DNA from: an uncultured Nitrososphaeraceae archaeon
GTDB lineage: Archaea > Thermoproteota > Nitrososphaeria > Nitrososphaerales > Nitrososphaeraceae
DNA length: 64,000 nt
Assembly (NCBI GenBank): GCA_963765895.1
Contig: CAVXZB010000084.1
Span: 160,001-224,000 of the forward strand
Direction: 5' to 3'
In this document: one piece after another, positions 53,009 to 64,000 of the stretch
Layout of the letters: every line of letters starts with the position of its first letter
Numbering within the stretch: position 1 is the first letter of the stretch
Program-made: the position numbers and the translations under genes
The notes under the pieces: model-generated
Seen by the model: the letters and a program-made list of their open reading frames with translations, nothing else
Told to the model about the DNA's origin: nothing
The model's database searches: none

Positions 53009-53386
53009 TTGAATTTTGAAAAATTGTGTCAACAAGTATTCGCTTTACATGATGACATCAGATATGCTGGGATTATTGATGACTTCGGATCGTTGATTGC
53101 AGGTGGTATGCGTAAAGGAATCGATTCGATTACTGCAGAAGATAATGACGAACTATATTTGGTTCAAACTGCCCTCAGAAAGTCGATGAGACATAGATTT
53201 GATAAGTCTATGGGTAGAGCAAGGTTTGCATATGTGGAACGGGAGAAAATTTCCATGTTGACCTTCTATATGGAAAAGTTTACCCTATTATTATCTATCG
53301 AACCTAATGTAGATTCCCACACCGTGATAGATATTACCAAAGATGTGCAAGATTTGATCGTGGCCAATAATCGGGAAGAAGGCTAA
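53009..53386 (+). CDS. Roadblock/profilin-like small protein (DUF6659-type)
   Basis: IRYAGIIDDFGSLIAGGMRKG...FDKSMG...YVEREKI...LLLSIE. Confidence 0.75.
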   Translation: MNFEKLCQQVFALHDDIRYAGIIDDFGSLIAGGMRKGIDSITAEDNDELYLVQTALRKSMRHRFDKSMGRARFAYVEREKISMLTFYMEKFTLLLSIEPNVDSHTVIDITKDVQDLIVANNREEG

Positions 53387-53582
53387 ATTGTTGTACGTGA
53401 GGTTTCAATTGGTGCCGGCGCCCAATGAAGTCTTCTTACATTATATTTCAACTTGATTATGGCCCTATAATTAGATTTTCCTTATTTGTTTTATTACATG
53501 AAAAAGCAGGTAAATTAGTTGAATGAAAGGTAGAAACGTATTTATTTAAAAATCAACTTTTCATACCAGTTGTGGATTTGTT

Positions 53583-54020
53583 ATGGTAATTAACACTGAA
53601 CTGCTTAACGCTCGAAAAAAAATCTCTGCTTCTAGGCCTAAATTTGTTAGGCAGGAAAGCTGGAGGTATGATAGATTATCAGAGAGTTGGCGAAGGCCTA
53701 AAGGGAAAGATAACAAGATGAGACGTCAGGTCTCTGGAGTTCCCCCTCTTGTAAAGGTAGGCTATCGAGGGCCCAAGATAAGCCGTGGATTACATCCATC
53801 TGGATACACGGACAATCTCGTGTTTAACGGGAAGGATTTAATGAAATTAGATCCAAAGAATGATGCAGCAAGGATTGGACATGCTGTGGGGAAACGTAAA
53901 AGAATTGAGATAATCACAAAGGCATCGGAACTGGGGATTAAGGTATTAAACGCTGGAAAATTGTCACAAAAAGAGAAAAATGAAACAAATAACACTATCG
54001 AAACTAGGGGTAAAAGATGA
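53583..54020 (+). CDS. rpl32e: 50S ribosomal protein eL32
   Basis: RPKFVRQESWRY, WRRPKGKDNKMR, GYRGP, GLHPSG. Confidence 0.96.
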   Translation: MVINTELLNARKKISASRPKFVRQESWRYDRLSESWRRPKGKDNKMRRQVSGVPPLVKVGYRGPKISRGLHPSGYTDNLVFNGKDLMKLDPKNDAARIGHAVGKRKRIEIITKASELGIKVLNAGKLSQKEKNETNNTIETRGKR

Positions 54021-54026
54021 GAACTC

Positions 54027-54473
54027 ATGGTAATTAACATAAGAAAGAAGAGAGAGCTAGCAGCGAGAATACTTGGCGTAGGGATCAATAGGGTCAAGTT
54101 CGAACCGGACAAACTTGACGATGTGGCTGATTCAATCACTAGAGAAAATATAAGGAGCCTGATCAAGAAAGGAGTAATTTGGACAGGTAAACCTGCTGGT
54201 ACATCAAGGTCTAGAGCTAAGGCCAAACACATAATTCGAAGAAAGCATGGAACGGGGCCCGGTTCCAAGAAAGGGAAGAGGTCTACAAGAGTAGGAAAGA
54301 AGAAGGTCTACATACAAAAGGTAAGATCAATGCGATATCATTTAAAGGTACTAAAAGATAGAAGCGATATAAATAGAGAAACGTTCTGGATGCTTTACAA
54401 GAAGGTAAACGGTGGCCAAGTGAGATCACTGGCGCATCTTAGGGATCTGGTGAAGGAAACTAAGCTTCATTAG
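54027..54473 (+). CDS. rpl19e: 50S ribosomal protein eL19
   Basis: KRELAARILGVGINRV, ITRENIR, GTSRSR, GPGSKKG. Confidence 0.96.
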   Translation: MVINIRKKRELAARILGVGINRVKFEPDKLDDVADSITRENIRSLIKKGVIWTGKPAGTSRSRAKAKHIIRRKHGTGPGSKKGKRSTRVGKKKVYIQKVRSMRYHLKVLKDRSDINRETFWMLYKKVNGGQVRSLAHLRDLVKETKLH

Positions 54474-54826
54474 TCGGCAATACCAAATACGATGGTCCTT
54501 AGAAGAGACAAAGATCATTTAATTAGCAATTCTGTCTTGAAGTAGAGCAGATAGCTACCAATTCCCATATATTTTCATGGTACAGTCGATAGATCGAATT
54601 TTGATTCAATATTTTGTAAATATCATTGTTCAAACACTCAGTTTCATTTAATTTAATTCATGATTAAACAAATAACTTCCTGAGAAGAGAAATATAATTT
54701 AGTACTGCTCCCTTCATTTGAGCAAGTGTACTCGCACAATTCCCACATAGAATCACTCAATTATGATTATAGAAAAAACAATCGCATACACTATAAAGAG
54801 GATTTTGATAGGAGCCTATAGTGTAA

Positions 54827-55165
54827 ATGGGTATTGATATTTCTCCACTGGCTACCACTGCAACATCAATAGGATTCGGCGGAATTACTGGTTTTTTGAT
54901 AGGTTATGCCATCAAGAAGGTTATGAAAATTATGTTAGTAATACTAGGTTTATTGTTCGTTGCGGTCATTTCCTTGGAATATCAAAAGCTAATAAGTGTA
55001 AACTGGAATAAAATCCAAACAGGTCTATCGGGCGCATTAGGGAATGTTACCAATGGTCAGATACCTGGGACTCACGAAAATATTGCATCGACAATGTCTA
55101 GCATTGGTATTCCACTAACAGGCAGCCTTACTGCAGGCTTTGTGCTAGGTTTTATGAGAGGATAA
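54827..55165 (+). CDS. FUN14 family membrane protein
   Basis: IGFGGITGFLIGYAIKKV, ISVNW, GFVLGF. Confidence 0.85.
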   Translation: MGIDISPLATTATSIGFGGITGFLIGYAIKKVMKIMLVILGLLFVAVISLEYQKLISVNWNKIQTGLSGALGNVTNGQIPGTHENIASTMSSIGIPLTGSLTAGFVLGFMRG

Positions 55166-55698
55166 AATGAATAGCTGATGGTTGAAATTGACATGGCCTG
55201 CTTATTATTACACACACGAACCTTTTTAATAACTATAGCAACGGCTTGGATCTACAATAGAAGGAAGGTAAGGTTACGGCTCTTATCATGTTATTTCTGT
55301 TTAAATTATCACATAGTACTTCAGTAATATGTAGAATCATACTGCCCTCGTGATTACTCACTGCTTGTCTCATTGCCTTATTGCCGCCAGGGTCGATATC
55401 ATATTTAGATCTCTTGTATTCACTAGATAGAGTGGCATGCCACTTGATAGAGTTTCCAAACGTATGTCTCTTATTTCTTGTTCTTTATTTTGATCATTCA
55501 TCGTAGGTTAGTTCATCGATTCGTGTTGGATGATGAATAGTATTTCTGCCAAGCACCTCAACGTCGTCGGGCAGTTTTATTGGATTCTTCATTTGAGATC
55601 ATATTTCTTTTTTAACCTTGGAGTAGATCCCACTTTTGGGACCCAAAAGCGGAATTTGTATATGCATATAAAATAATGGCAATTCTCATTAACAAGTA

Positions 55699-56159
55699 AT
55701 GAAAAAGCAAATACCACCGCTATACTGACGTTGATGATCTCGACGACATTTCTGATTAGTTCATTTTACTATGGTAGTCAGACTGGGTTTCGGGGACACT
55801 TAGCCTCAGCTACTAACAATACGGTTGTTAATGGTGCTACAAATACAATTCAATTGTCTGCGAAGGAGGTAAAAGATGGAGTTTAAAATTGGATAAGCGG
55901 GAGTAATGGAGCATCCAATCCTACGATAAAGGCGTTCGTAAATAACAAGAACGTTATAGAGATTCATAACCCTACTGACACTAAACATGAATTAATTATA
56001 GACACTGGAGCTGACGTACTGCCATCGAGTGATGATATTGCTCCTAATAGGTCAGGTCAACTAACTTTTAGTCCAGGCGTTACTGGCACGTTCACATATC
56101 ACTGCGCGTACCATCCATTTACAATGAAAGGAACCATCCAAATAGATATGGTCAAATAA
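55699..56159 (+). pseudogene. Secreted cupredoxin (type-1 copper) protein, disrupted (not in ORF track)
   Basis: Signal peptide; ...KEVKDGV*NWI...NPTI...HNPTDTKHELII...GTFTYHCAYHPFTMKGTI; one base short in the 5' A-run and in-frame TAA at 55884. Confidence 0.85.
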
Positions 56160-56436
56160 TTTAATTAATTATTATTTTGATCTATCACAAAGACTTCGTA
56201 TCTACATACTGTTAAGATATCCCGGGAAGGAATCTATCAAAAAAATAGAAATACGATAAAAACTATTAACTACAAAAATGCAATTCACTCATTAGACGAC
56301 AATTGCCAATGACTTATTCCTCATGATTAAGCAGTTCTGTGATAACTAACTTTACCTTGCTCTAGAAGGAATTAGGAAAAGTTCTGAGTCATACGTCTTA
56401 TGACTCCTATTTTTATTTTCATTTCAATTATTTTAA

Positions 56437-57330
56437 TCATGGCGGACCAAAATATTGTCTACGCATTACATCATATTCCTCAAATTTGCACGTGCTGCAA
56501 AGGACATTACTTATTTGATCGGGAACCGTTTTACCGATTTAGACCTTGAATCCAACAATACACCTGGTAATGGCTTCTTACAAACGTTGCATTTCAACTT
56601 AACAATGCCCTCTACCAAAGAGTCGATTGAACTGAGCATTAAAGATTCTAACCTAGATTGCGATTCATGCTCAATTCTTAATTTTATCAGCTCATAAACA
56701 TCATTATTAGACAAGTAAACCTCATTATAATATTTTTTAACAAGAAGAATCAATTTTTCAGCAGGTTTTGAATAAGCCTCACAATCAGCTATGATGGTTT
56801 TCAGGAGCGCATAATTGTCTCGATCGATTAATCTCGTGAACCTCTGATATTCAAATTCTACAACGTCTGGATGATATCCCTGGTCAGCAATTACGTCAGA
56901 CGGTCTTTTACCTGCGTTAAATCCACTATATAATGTCTTCAGCTCTTCGGGCACCATTTCTGGAATATCTAGATATTTATTTGATTCACTATTTTGAAAA
57001 ATGACGATCTGTCATTGGTGTTCAAGGTTGGCTATTTGATATTGGAATATTCCCTGATTTTGCTCTCCATAAAAGGTTAGTTGAAAAATTGTTGATGTTT
57101 CATCCTTCGTTTTTGAGAGTTCTGTAGTGCTTCTATTTACAATAAGGCTTCCTACTGTTTTCGACTTAAGCCTACTAGTTTCTTTCCAAACATAGTCTTT
57201 AGTAGTGTGAACTATTGAAGTAATCTGACCAGTGGTGAATTTGCCATCAGATACAAGTTCCCAGACTCGCTCCTTTTTGTTCTTTGGATTAGGTGGTAGA
57301 TTAGTCGGCTTTATCTGGTAAGGGTAGGTA
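56437..57330 (-). pseudogene. Disrupted HTH + C4 Zn-ribbon protein
   Basis: KKERVWELVSDGKFTTGQITSIVHTTKDYVWKETSRLK (HTH); in-frame TGA at 57012; LYSGFNAGKRPSDVIADQGYHP; CNVC and, after a frameshift near 56538, CSTC; start uncertain. Confidence 0.6.
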
Positions 57331-57819
57331 AGGTAAGTAATAGTAATAATTAACCTTTTTGAGCGATAATATGATATAACTGGAGCCAAAGGTCTACGTT
57401 ACCTACTTACCTACCTGCTACGCCAATTCTCCTTATCTACTGCCTTACCTACACGCATTAATGCGGTATGATTACTGTCATGAACCTGTTTTAGATTACA
57501 CACTTAGAATTTCATTTTTAGACCATGCCTCCCGTGACACTGGCCATAAGTCAAAAATCTCCGACGAGGATAGGTTATTACCTAGTTAACAAAATGAAGG
57601 CCGAATTTGACTCGGATGGCAATTTCAACGGGAAATTCGAGCTTGAGACAGGCTGGAGCACGGCCAAGTCAGAGCCACTGGGTAGACACGTATGAACGTA
57701 GCTATTTCCACCATCGTTTTATTACTATAAGTAGGCTGGTTCTTATTGATATTGTAGCTTATATAGATGCAATAAATATGGTAGCCATGGCCTCGAACCA
57801 ACGGTATCTGAATGTTCTC

Positions 57820-58260
57820 TTACTTAGCCTCATTAGCTGTTGCGTTCACAATTGAATGCGCTATTCGTGAGAACGTAACCGTCTCTACAAAGTTAAAGTC
57901 CTTAACTCCATTTTGTTTAACGTTCTCGGAGGGATTACTAAGGAACTTCACGGTTTTTCCGAGCAAGGAATTAGTGTCATCATAGTACGACGCAGTTAAC
58001 TTTACATCTTGGACATTTTTAGTGGAATTGTTTCTTACTTTACCTGCAACATCTATGGCACCTGTAGGACCCTTATTTATTTTCAAGTTCTCAATCTTTA
58101 GAAAAACTTTCGATGGTTTACCAGTAGCAGCGTTGACTGAATGATCTCCAATATAATTCTGAATTAACAAAAGACTGACAACAACTCCTGTTACAATAAT
58201 TGATAGGAGTGTTACTGTTCGTGCCTTTTTTTGCATATCGACTGATCTTTGATAAACCAA
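57820..58260 (-). CDS. Secreted FxLYD-type protein
   Basis: Signal/TM; VAGKVRNNS...VKLTASYYDDTNSLLG. Confidence 0.75.
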   Translation of the reverse strand: MVYQRSVDMQKKARTVTLLSIIVTGVVVSLLLIQNYIGDHSVNAATGKPSKVFLKIENLKINKGPTGAIDVAGKVRNNSTKNVQDVKLTASYYDDTNSLLGKTVKFLSNPSENVKQNGVKDFNFVETVTFSRIAHSIVNATANEAK

Positions 58261-58658
58261 ATTAATTCTTGCATACTAACACAGTACTACTATATATCCT
58301 ATGATATCGCACATTTAATAACAGAGATTTTAAACAATCATTTTAATAATTGTTAGAAATTTTTGTTGAACATTTTTTGTACATTATTTATAAAATAACA
58401 TGAGAATTACATAGCCCATCCATGGGCTTTCATACTAAGAATGTCTTACTGGTTAAATTTTACCGTAAATTTCGTCTCTCGCTGAGGAAGGATCGCTTCA
58501 CAAAATGGCTTGGTCTTGTCAAAAGTTTACGAATTTTATAGTCATTGGTCCCTACTCAGTACTACTTACCTCTGTGTCAACGAATTTATTCACTAATGAC
58601 TTTGATTGATCAGTTAAAGCCGGACTGTATCCTTATAATATAGAAGAGACATAATAGA

Positions 58659-59309
58659 ATGTATATGAGTAGTTCTGACGATAGTGGGGTAGAGCCATTT
58701 GATTGGTATAACAGGTTCTTCGGCAAGGGGAGGAGAGGATTTGGTTTTAGTGACTTTTTCAAAGGTTTTGATGAAATGAGAAGGGAAATGGAAAGCGAAT
58801 TTGAACACAGATTTAGAGATATAGAGACGAAGGCACCTAAGGATTTGGTAAGAGAATATGAAACTTCAGAAGGGGGTAAAGTAAGAGAATATGGCCCATT
58901 CGTATACGGTTATTCAATGACAATTGGGCCTGATGGAAAGCCGAAAGTAAGAGAGTTCGGAAATGTCAAATCGCCGCTATCTCCAACTGGTAGAAAAAGC
59001 ATTTTTACCGGATCAATGATCTCATCTGAGAGAGAACCGCTCGCAGATATAACGTCAACAAATAGTGAAATAAAGGTCATAGTTGAAATGCCTGGCGTAA
59101 ACAAGGAAAACATTAAAGTAAACGCGTACGACAATTCTGTAGAGATCATCACTACTGGTACCGATCGAAAATATCATGAAGTCATTGAGATACCCCCAGA
59201 AGCTGACATTGAAACCGCCAAGTCAGTGTATAAGAATGGTATACTCGAAATAACATTTAAGAAAAAGGAACAGTCAAAGCCTAGAGGAAAGCAGATAAAC
59301 ATCGAATAG
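58659..59309 (+). CDS. hsp20: Small heat-shock protein (archaeal Hsp20)
   Basis: GPFVYGYSMTIGPDGKPKVREFGNV, REPLAD, EMPGV, YKNGILEI. Confidence 0.95.
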   Translation: MYMSSSDDSGVEPFDWYNRFFGKGRRGFGFSDFFKGFDEMRREMESEFEHRFRDIETKAPKDLVREYETSEGGKVREYGPFVYGYSMTIGPDGKPKVREFGNVKSPLSPTGRKSIFTGSMISSEREPLADITSTNSEIKVIVEMPGVNKENIKVNAYDNSVEIITTGTDRKYHEVIEIPPEADIETAKSVYKNGILEITFKKKEQSKPRGKQINIE

Positions 59310-59488
59310 AACACTGAGAAAATAGCATCATCTGCGGCAGCTGAAAGAAGTAGACTTGTAGGTATCTCTTTCTAATGCTATTTTATTCTCTTCAGTCAAA
59401 TTATTAGCGCCTTGATTTTCTTAGAATCCGGATTAGGGAATACTAACAACTTATGCTATCTTATGTCGGATAAACTGAATCTAATGTT

Positions 59489-59560
59489 AAAAAGCGGTTC
59501 GTTCCCCGTTACGACCCCCGCTACCAAAAGCCAGCATCCGCTGAGCTATTGAGCGAGCAA
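59489..59560 (-). ncRNA. Candidate ~70-nt small RNA or strong terminator
   Basis: GC-rich island; minus-strand hairpins CAGC-GGAT-GCTG and AGCGG..TCGT-loop-ACGA..CCGCT followed by a T-run; TTATAC box about 25 nt upstream. Confidence 0.3.
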
Positions 59561-60245
59561 TTGCTTCGATTAATACTACTGTATAACGCAAATTATGGAG
59601 ACCAAATCAGTACCAGGAACACAAATAGACTTCAATGATTGTGAAATTCCTATTCTTGACATTAAATAAGCCGATACTAACCTTGGATGTATGTTTTTCG
59701 CATGTATAAACACATGATCTTAAGGTATTTTGTGATCCAAATGACAGAATATTTAAAAACTGGCACCTTTTGCACAGATTGACAAAAGGTTTGCAAATAT
59801 ACAACGAATGAGTATCAATCCACCATTTTTGTTATTGATGATAGTTATTTGCAAGATATTTGCAGCAAATTCTCATTAGTTCGGCTTTTACACCTTTAGA
59901 TCCTAACTTGTACCATACGTAAATATTTGCAATCTCGGATATCTTTAATACAGATAATAATCTGAAAGTGCAATAGTCCAGTTTGATTAACCGACAACAT
60001 ATCGTTCTGCAATGAAACAAAAAAACAAGACAAGTCAACCTAATACCAATAGGCTTATTTGATGGGTAAATATCAATCGACTATATATGGACCACTTTAA
60101 ACTAATAAAATATGAGACTTTGAATTATCTACCTAGCGTATCTTATTACTATTTGACAGAGAGGTGCGTGCTACTTACGAATAAAACTTGTTAACAGTTT
60201 GGCTTTTCGACATTATTGAACATTCCACTGCATTTTATTGAATGC

Positions 60246-60548
60246 TCACGTTTCAGGTTCCTTTATACTAGATTTGCCAGCATCGTCAAGATCCAACTCA
60301 AAAACGGACTGATGCAACTGTCTGTTATCCATACTGACTGCTGGCTGAATATAACAAAAAATAGATTTGAATCCATATTGTGTCAAAATTTGAGTTATAT
60401 AGCCACTAAGCAAAAAGTGATGCTTAATAACCATGATAAACCGCGAACTCTTACAGTTCACCTCAACATCATATCCCCTTCTGGTAACGCTTTTTATAAG
60501 AGCAGCAATACCTCGACGAGTCTTTCCATCAGTATTACTCGCTGCCAT
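60246..60548 (-). CDS. Hypothetical protein (~100 aa)
   Basis: ATG just after the yyaL-like stop (MAASNTDGKTRRG...); no motif. Confidence 0.4.
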   Translation of the reverse strand: MAASNTDGKTRRGIAALIKSVTRRGYDVEVNCKSSRFIMVIKHHFLLSGYITQILTQYGFKSIFCYIQPAVSMDNRQLHQSVFELDLDDAGKSSIKEPET

Positions 60549-60559
60549 ATTGACTCCTT

Positions 60560-62675
60560 TTATTTGGAGTAGATATGAGTCTCCAGCTCGTTTGCCGACA
60601 AAATCGGGAGAGAGCATGTAGAATCTCTACATACTATGGCATACTCTGGTCGGCTCTTGGAAATACCATTCAAATCTCTTCCGGAAAAGAACGAATATTT
60701 TTGGAGTTCATCTAGCTGTGTTTTATCATTTATTAATGCTGAAATTTGGCTGGGGATAAAATGTTTATTTAGCCAACTCATCAACTGAAGAGGTCGTACA
60801 CTACTATCTTTTTCTTGCATGATCAATATTTCTGTACATTTCTTTATCAAAAGATAAATTGCAATTAGCATGTGGCCAAATCCGAATGGATTTTCAGCTG
60901 CTGCATGAGCTGCAGACTTCATAATTGATTCTGCTTTTTGCATATATTCATCTTTATTTGTCAAGTAACACAGCCTAATCAGGTTAGATGCAGCTATCGA
61001 ACTACCACTTGGAGTAGCCAAGTCATAAAATGTCTTTGTCCTAACAATCAATTTTTCATGGTCGTCTGAAGTAAAGAAGAGGTTATTTTCTTTATTGTCC
61101 CAAAAATGCTTAAGCATAAAATCTGTGTACAGAATTGCTTTTTCAAGGTATCGTGGTTGCGTATCGACTTCAAATACATCAAGTAATGCGTTTGAATAAA
61201 AAGCATAATCATCCAAATAACCATTTAGTTTAGACTTTCCATCTTTGTGCATTCTCTTTAGCCTGCCATCATTGCTACTCAGGTTTTTTTCAATAAATTC
61301 TATTGCATTTTTCGCAACTCTGAGATACTTAAGATCACCGGTAACTCGATATCCCTTTGCAAACGCCGATATCATTAACCCGTTCCACGATGTTAGGATT
61401 TTTTCATCCTTTCCAGGCTCCATGCGTTTTCTTCTGAAATTAAATAATTTTAATGATGCATCTTCGATTATATGTTCTATATCCTCTTGGGTTTTATCAT
61501 ATTTTTCGGCAAGTCCTTTTATTGTTCCTTTGATATACAGTATATTTTTTCCATCAAAGTTACCATTGTTAGTAACTCCATAATAATCACAAAGGATTTC
61601 TGAATTAGTATGGTCTTCCAGTAAATCAAATATTTCCTGTTTAGTCCAGACATAGTACTTACCTTCTTCACCCTCAGAGTCAGCATCTTGAGCGGAATAA
61701 AACCCGCCATCAGGAGAAGTCATCTCTCTGGTGACATAATCAAGGGTTTTTTTAACTATTTGCAAATAATGTTCCTCGTTAGTGATTTGGAACAATTCAA
61801 CATACAATTGGATGATAAGTGCATTATCATAAAGCATTTTTTCGAAATGTGGAACTAGCCATCTTTGGTCCGTAGAATACCTAGCAAACCCGCCTCCAAG
61901 ATGATCATGAATTCCTCCAGCTGCCATTTTTTCGGCTGAAAATATTACGAAGTCCTTAAATCTATTTATCCCTGAAATATCGTGATAGCGCAACAAAAAC
62001 ATGAGGTTGGAAATATTAGGGAATTTAGGTGCTTGGCCAAAACCACCGAAAACATTGTCAGCCATGCGAAGTAAGCCAATTGCTGCCTTCGTCTAGGATA
62101 GAACGCTCCAATTTTGCTCTGTCTATCGAAGAAGGTATGTCAGCTGCTGTATGCATCAATGCCTGCATAAACTCTGAGGAGGCGGAGTTTATCTCCTGTC
62201 TTTTCGTCACATATGCTTCTTTCAGTTGGTTTAATATTAGACCAAAGCCAGGCATACCGTTTCTACTCTGATTCGGGAAGTAGGTGCCAATGTAGAAGGG
62301 CCTTTGGTCTGGCGTAAGGAAAACTGATAGTGGCCATCCTCCTGTTCCATTTGCAAGTTGACAGACCTTTTGATATATGTCGTCTAGATCGGGTCTTTCT
62401 TCTCGATCTACCTTTATATTAACAAAATTATCGTTCATGAAGCTCGCAATCTCCGTATTTTCAAATGACTCGTGTGCCATTACATGACACCAGTGGCATG
62501 CACTATAGCCTATGCTAAGAAATATTGGTTTATCCTCAATTTCTGCTTTTTGAAGAGCCTCATTTCCCCAGGGGTACCAATCAACAGGATTATGTGCATG
62601 TTGTAATAAATAAGGGCTGCTTTCATTTATGAGCCTATTTGTCCATTGCTGGGTCTTATTGCTGAGTTTATCCAT
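60560..62675 (-). CDS. Thioredoxin-domain protein YyaL/SSP411 (DUF255) (indel near 62065)
   Basis: [46 protein letters not shown]; second frame [31 protein letters not shown]. Confidence 0.93.
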
Positions 62676-63419
62676 CTGAATCGATCTTATTAGTAATCTT
62701 ATTTATAACTACGGAATCACTAACCATGCAAAGTATCAACATGTAAGTTCAAGGATTATGGATAATCCAAGCTGATTAGAATTATCAGTAAGAGACTTGG
62801 TAATTGTAGAGTCCAATTCTTGTAGTCGGTGATTAATAATTGATGGTCTCTAATTGTTATTCTTTTTGACGCTTTAGATAAATAGTGATATGTAAGATTA
62901 TTTGTTGAATTCGCTGCTATCGCATGTTTTAGCTAGATTTAGTACTAGCATAGCAAATGGTAAAAATGACGCGCTTTTCACTCCTCCCTATTTAGAATAA
63001 CTCAATTCCAGTTCGGCGTGAATAAAAATTGACATAATATGGAAGCAATAGGTACAGGATACAAAGTGCTTGCCAACTAACCCTAATTATCAATAGGATT
63101 CAAATTATGCGCACGTTCTAGCATCAATAATAGTAAGCTCAAGCTCAGAACAGATAAACTGATATCATTAAGATACTATACCTGGTGAGTCCATTGATAT
63201 GGCCGTAATGCAACAGCACTATATATTCCCGTATTACAGACTATATAATTTGTATGAGTATGGACCTGAAGTCTGTTGATCTCGTCTTATCAACTTGCTG
63301 TTTAGATACACTGAAAATATTTATACGTAGACAGGATATCTGGGCTTGTTAAAAACTATTATGAGGATTATTTACATAGAAAATGAGAAATTTCATACTA
63401 GACCAATAATTTTGATTGA

Positions 63420-63951
63420 ATGGTGATAGAATCTGGGCAATATCCGAAGAAGCAGGGGATACAGCTTTGAACACACACTTGTTCAGAGATTAGACAGAGG
63501 GGAATGGCATGCAAGACGTTTAGGAGGCTCTAGTACTGGCCTCCCGGATATCATCGCTGTTAATAATAGAGAAGCCATTTTGCTTTCGATTGAGGCAAAA
63601 GCGGGTACAAGCGACATCTTATACGTACCGCAGGATCAAATACAACGATGCGTGTATATCCGTGATATGTTCAAGCATTATTCTAAAAGACATGTTATAT
63701 TTGCCTTCAAGTTTATGAGGAAAAAGCGAGTCAGGAAGAAAAATTGCACAGTATATGAACACCGAAAGTTAATTGAATACTATAAAATAGGCGACATCTT
63801 TGGAAATGTGAAGAAGATACCTGTCCTTAAATGTAATTATGATGGGAATACGTTTGTTCTGCATGATGATAAATGTGAAAGGCTTAGTCTTCCGAACTAT
63901 GTCATGCCTTTTCATAGGATAGTCAACGTTATTGGCAAAGATAAATTCTAG
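63420..63951 (+). CDS. Holliday junction resolvase Hjc-like PD-(D/E)xK nuclease
   Basis: The frame of 63580-63951 is open from 63433: GNIRRSRGYSFEHTLV...RRLGGSSTGLPDIIAV...IEAK; probable ATG 63420 with an extra G at 63435-63437. Confidence 0.82.
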
Positions 63952-64000
63952 GTAACTTGGCATAGGTGTTAGGAATTATCCCTAGGAGAAAGCTTTACCA

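Noticed and set aside
57525-57855. Small + strand ORFs (56 aa from 57525; 82 aa from 57607)
   Set aside because: No recognisable motif; they may be remnants but cannot be supported.
59520-59560. tRNA-like start (GCTCAATAGCTCAGCGG, minus strand)
   Set aside because: No T-arm GTTCRA motif or acceptor-stem complement; kept only as an sRNA candidate.
59607-60038. Two Cys-rich minus-strand ORFs
   Set aside because: TTG starts, AT-rich random-like composition, no consistent metal-binding spacing.
2406-61583. Many short antisense or nested ORFs in the track (e.g. 10144-10641, 22202-22561, 53762-54268, 61245-61583)
   Set aside because: They lie opposite or within well-supported genes and have no independent motifs.

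Overview
Core-genome segment of an AT-rich archaeon. Gene content (stand-alone 5S rRNA, transketolase-N/Rpe fusion, TFB, aIF2-alpha+Nop10, CDC48, three GGR-type reductases, cupredoxin, FxLYD and DUF6659-type proteins) points to a soil ammonia-oxidising archaeon (Nitrososphaeraceae); this is inference, not a database result. About 15 genes, including essential ones (ABCE1, glmS, RNase Z), are split by single-base indels, most likely assembly errors. The main find is a complete ~2.5 kb transposon at 29987-32469. It has imperfect terminal inverted repeats and an 8-bp target duplication (CCTTAAAT) lying on the probable TATA box of a PadR gene. It encodes a SWIM + Zn-ribbon + HTH + DDE transposase (IS1/IS6-like). 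Its cargo is largely absent from the ORF track: a disrupted single-pass membrane protein, a 51-aa ribbon-helix-helix regulator, and a hairpin-rich ~350-400 nt region that may be a non-coding RNA. Other items: two tandem AAA+/vWA pairs, a surface-glycan locus with a glutaminase-less Asn-synthetase homologue, a secreted protein with 30-bp repeats encoding dense N-glycosylation sequons, an unannotated disrupted cupredoxin, a decayed HTH/Zn-ribbon gene with iterated GGTAG/GGTAA motifs, and a candidate ~70-nt sRNA. No CRISPR array or tRNA was found.
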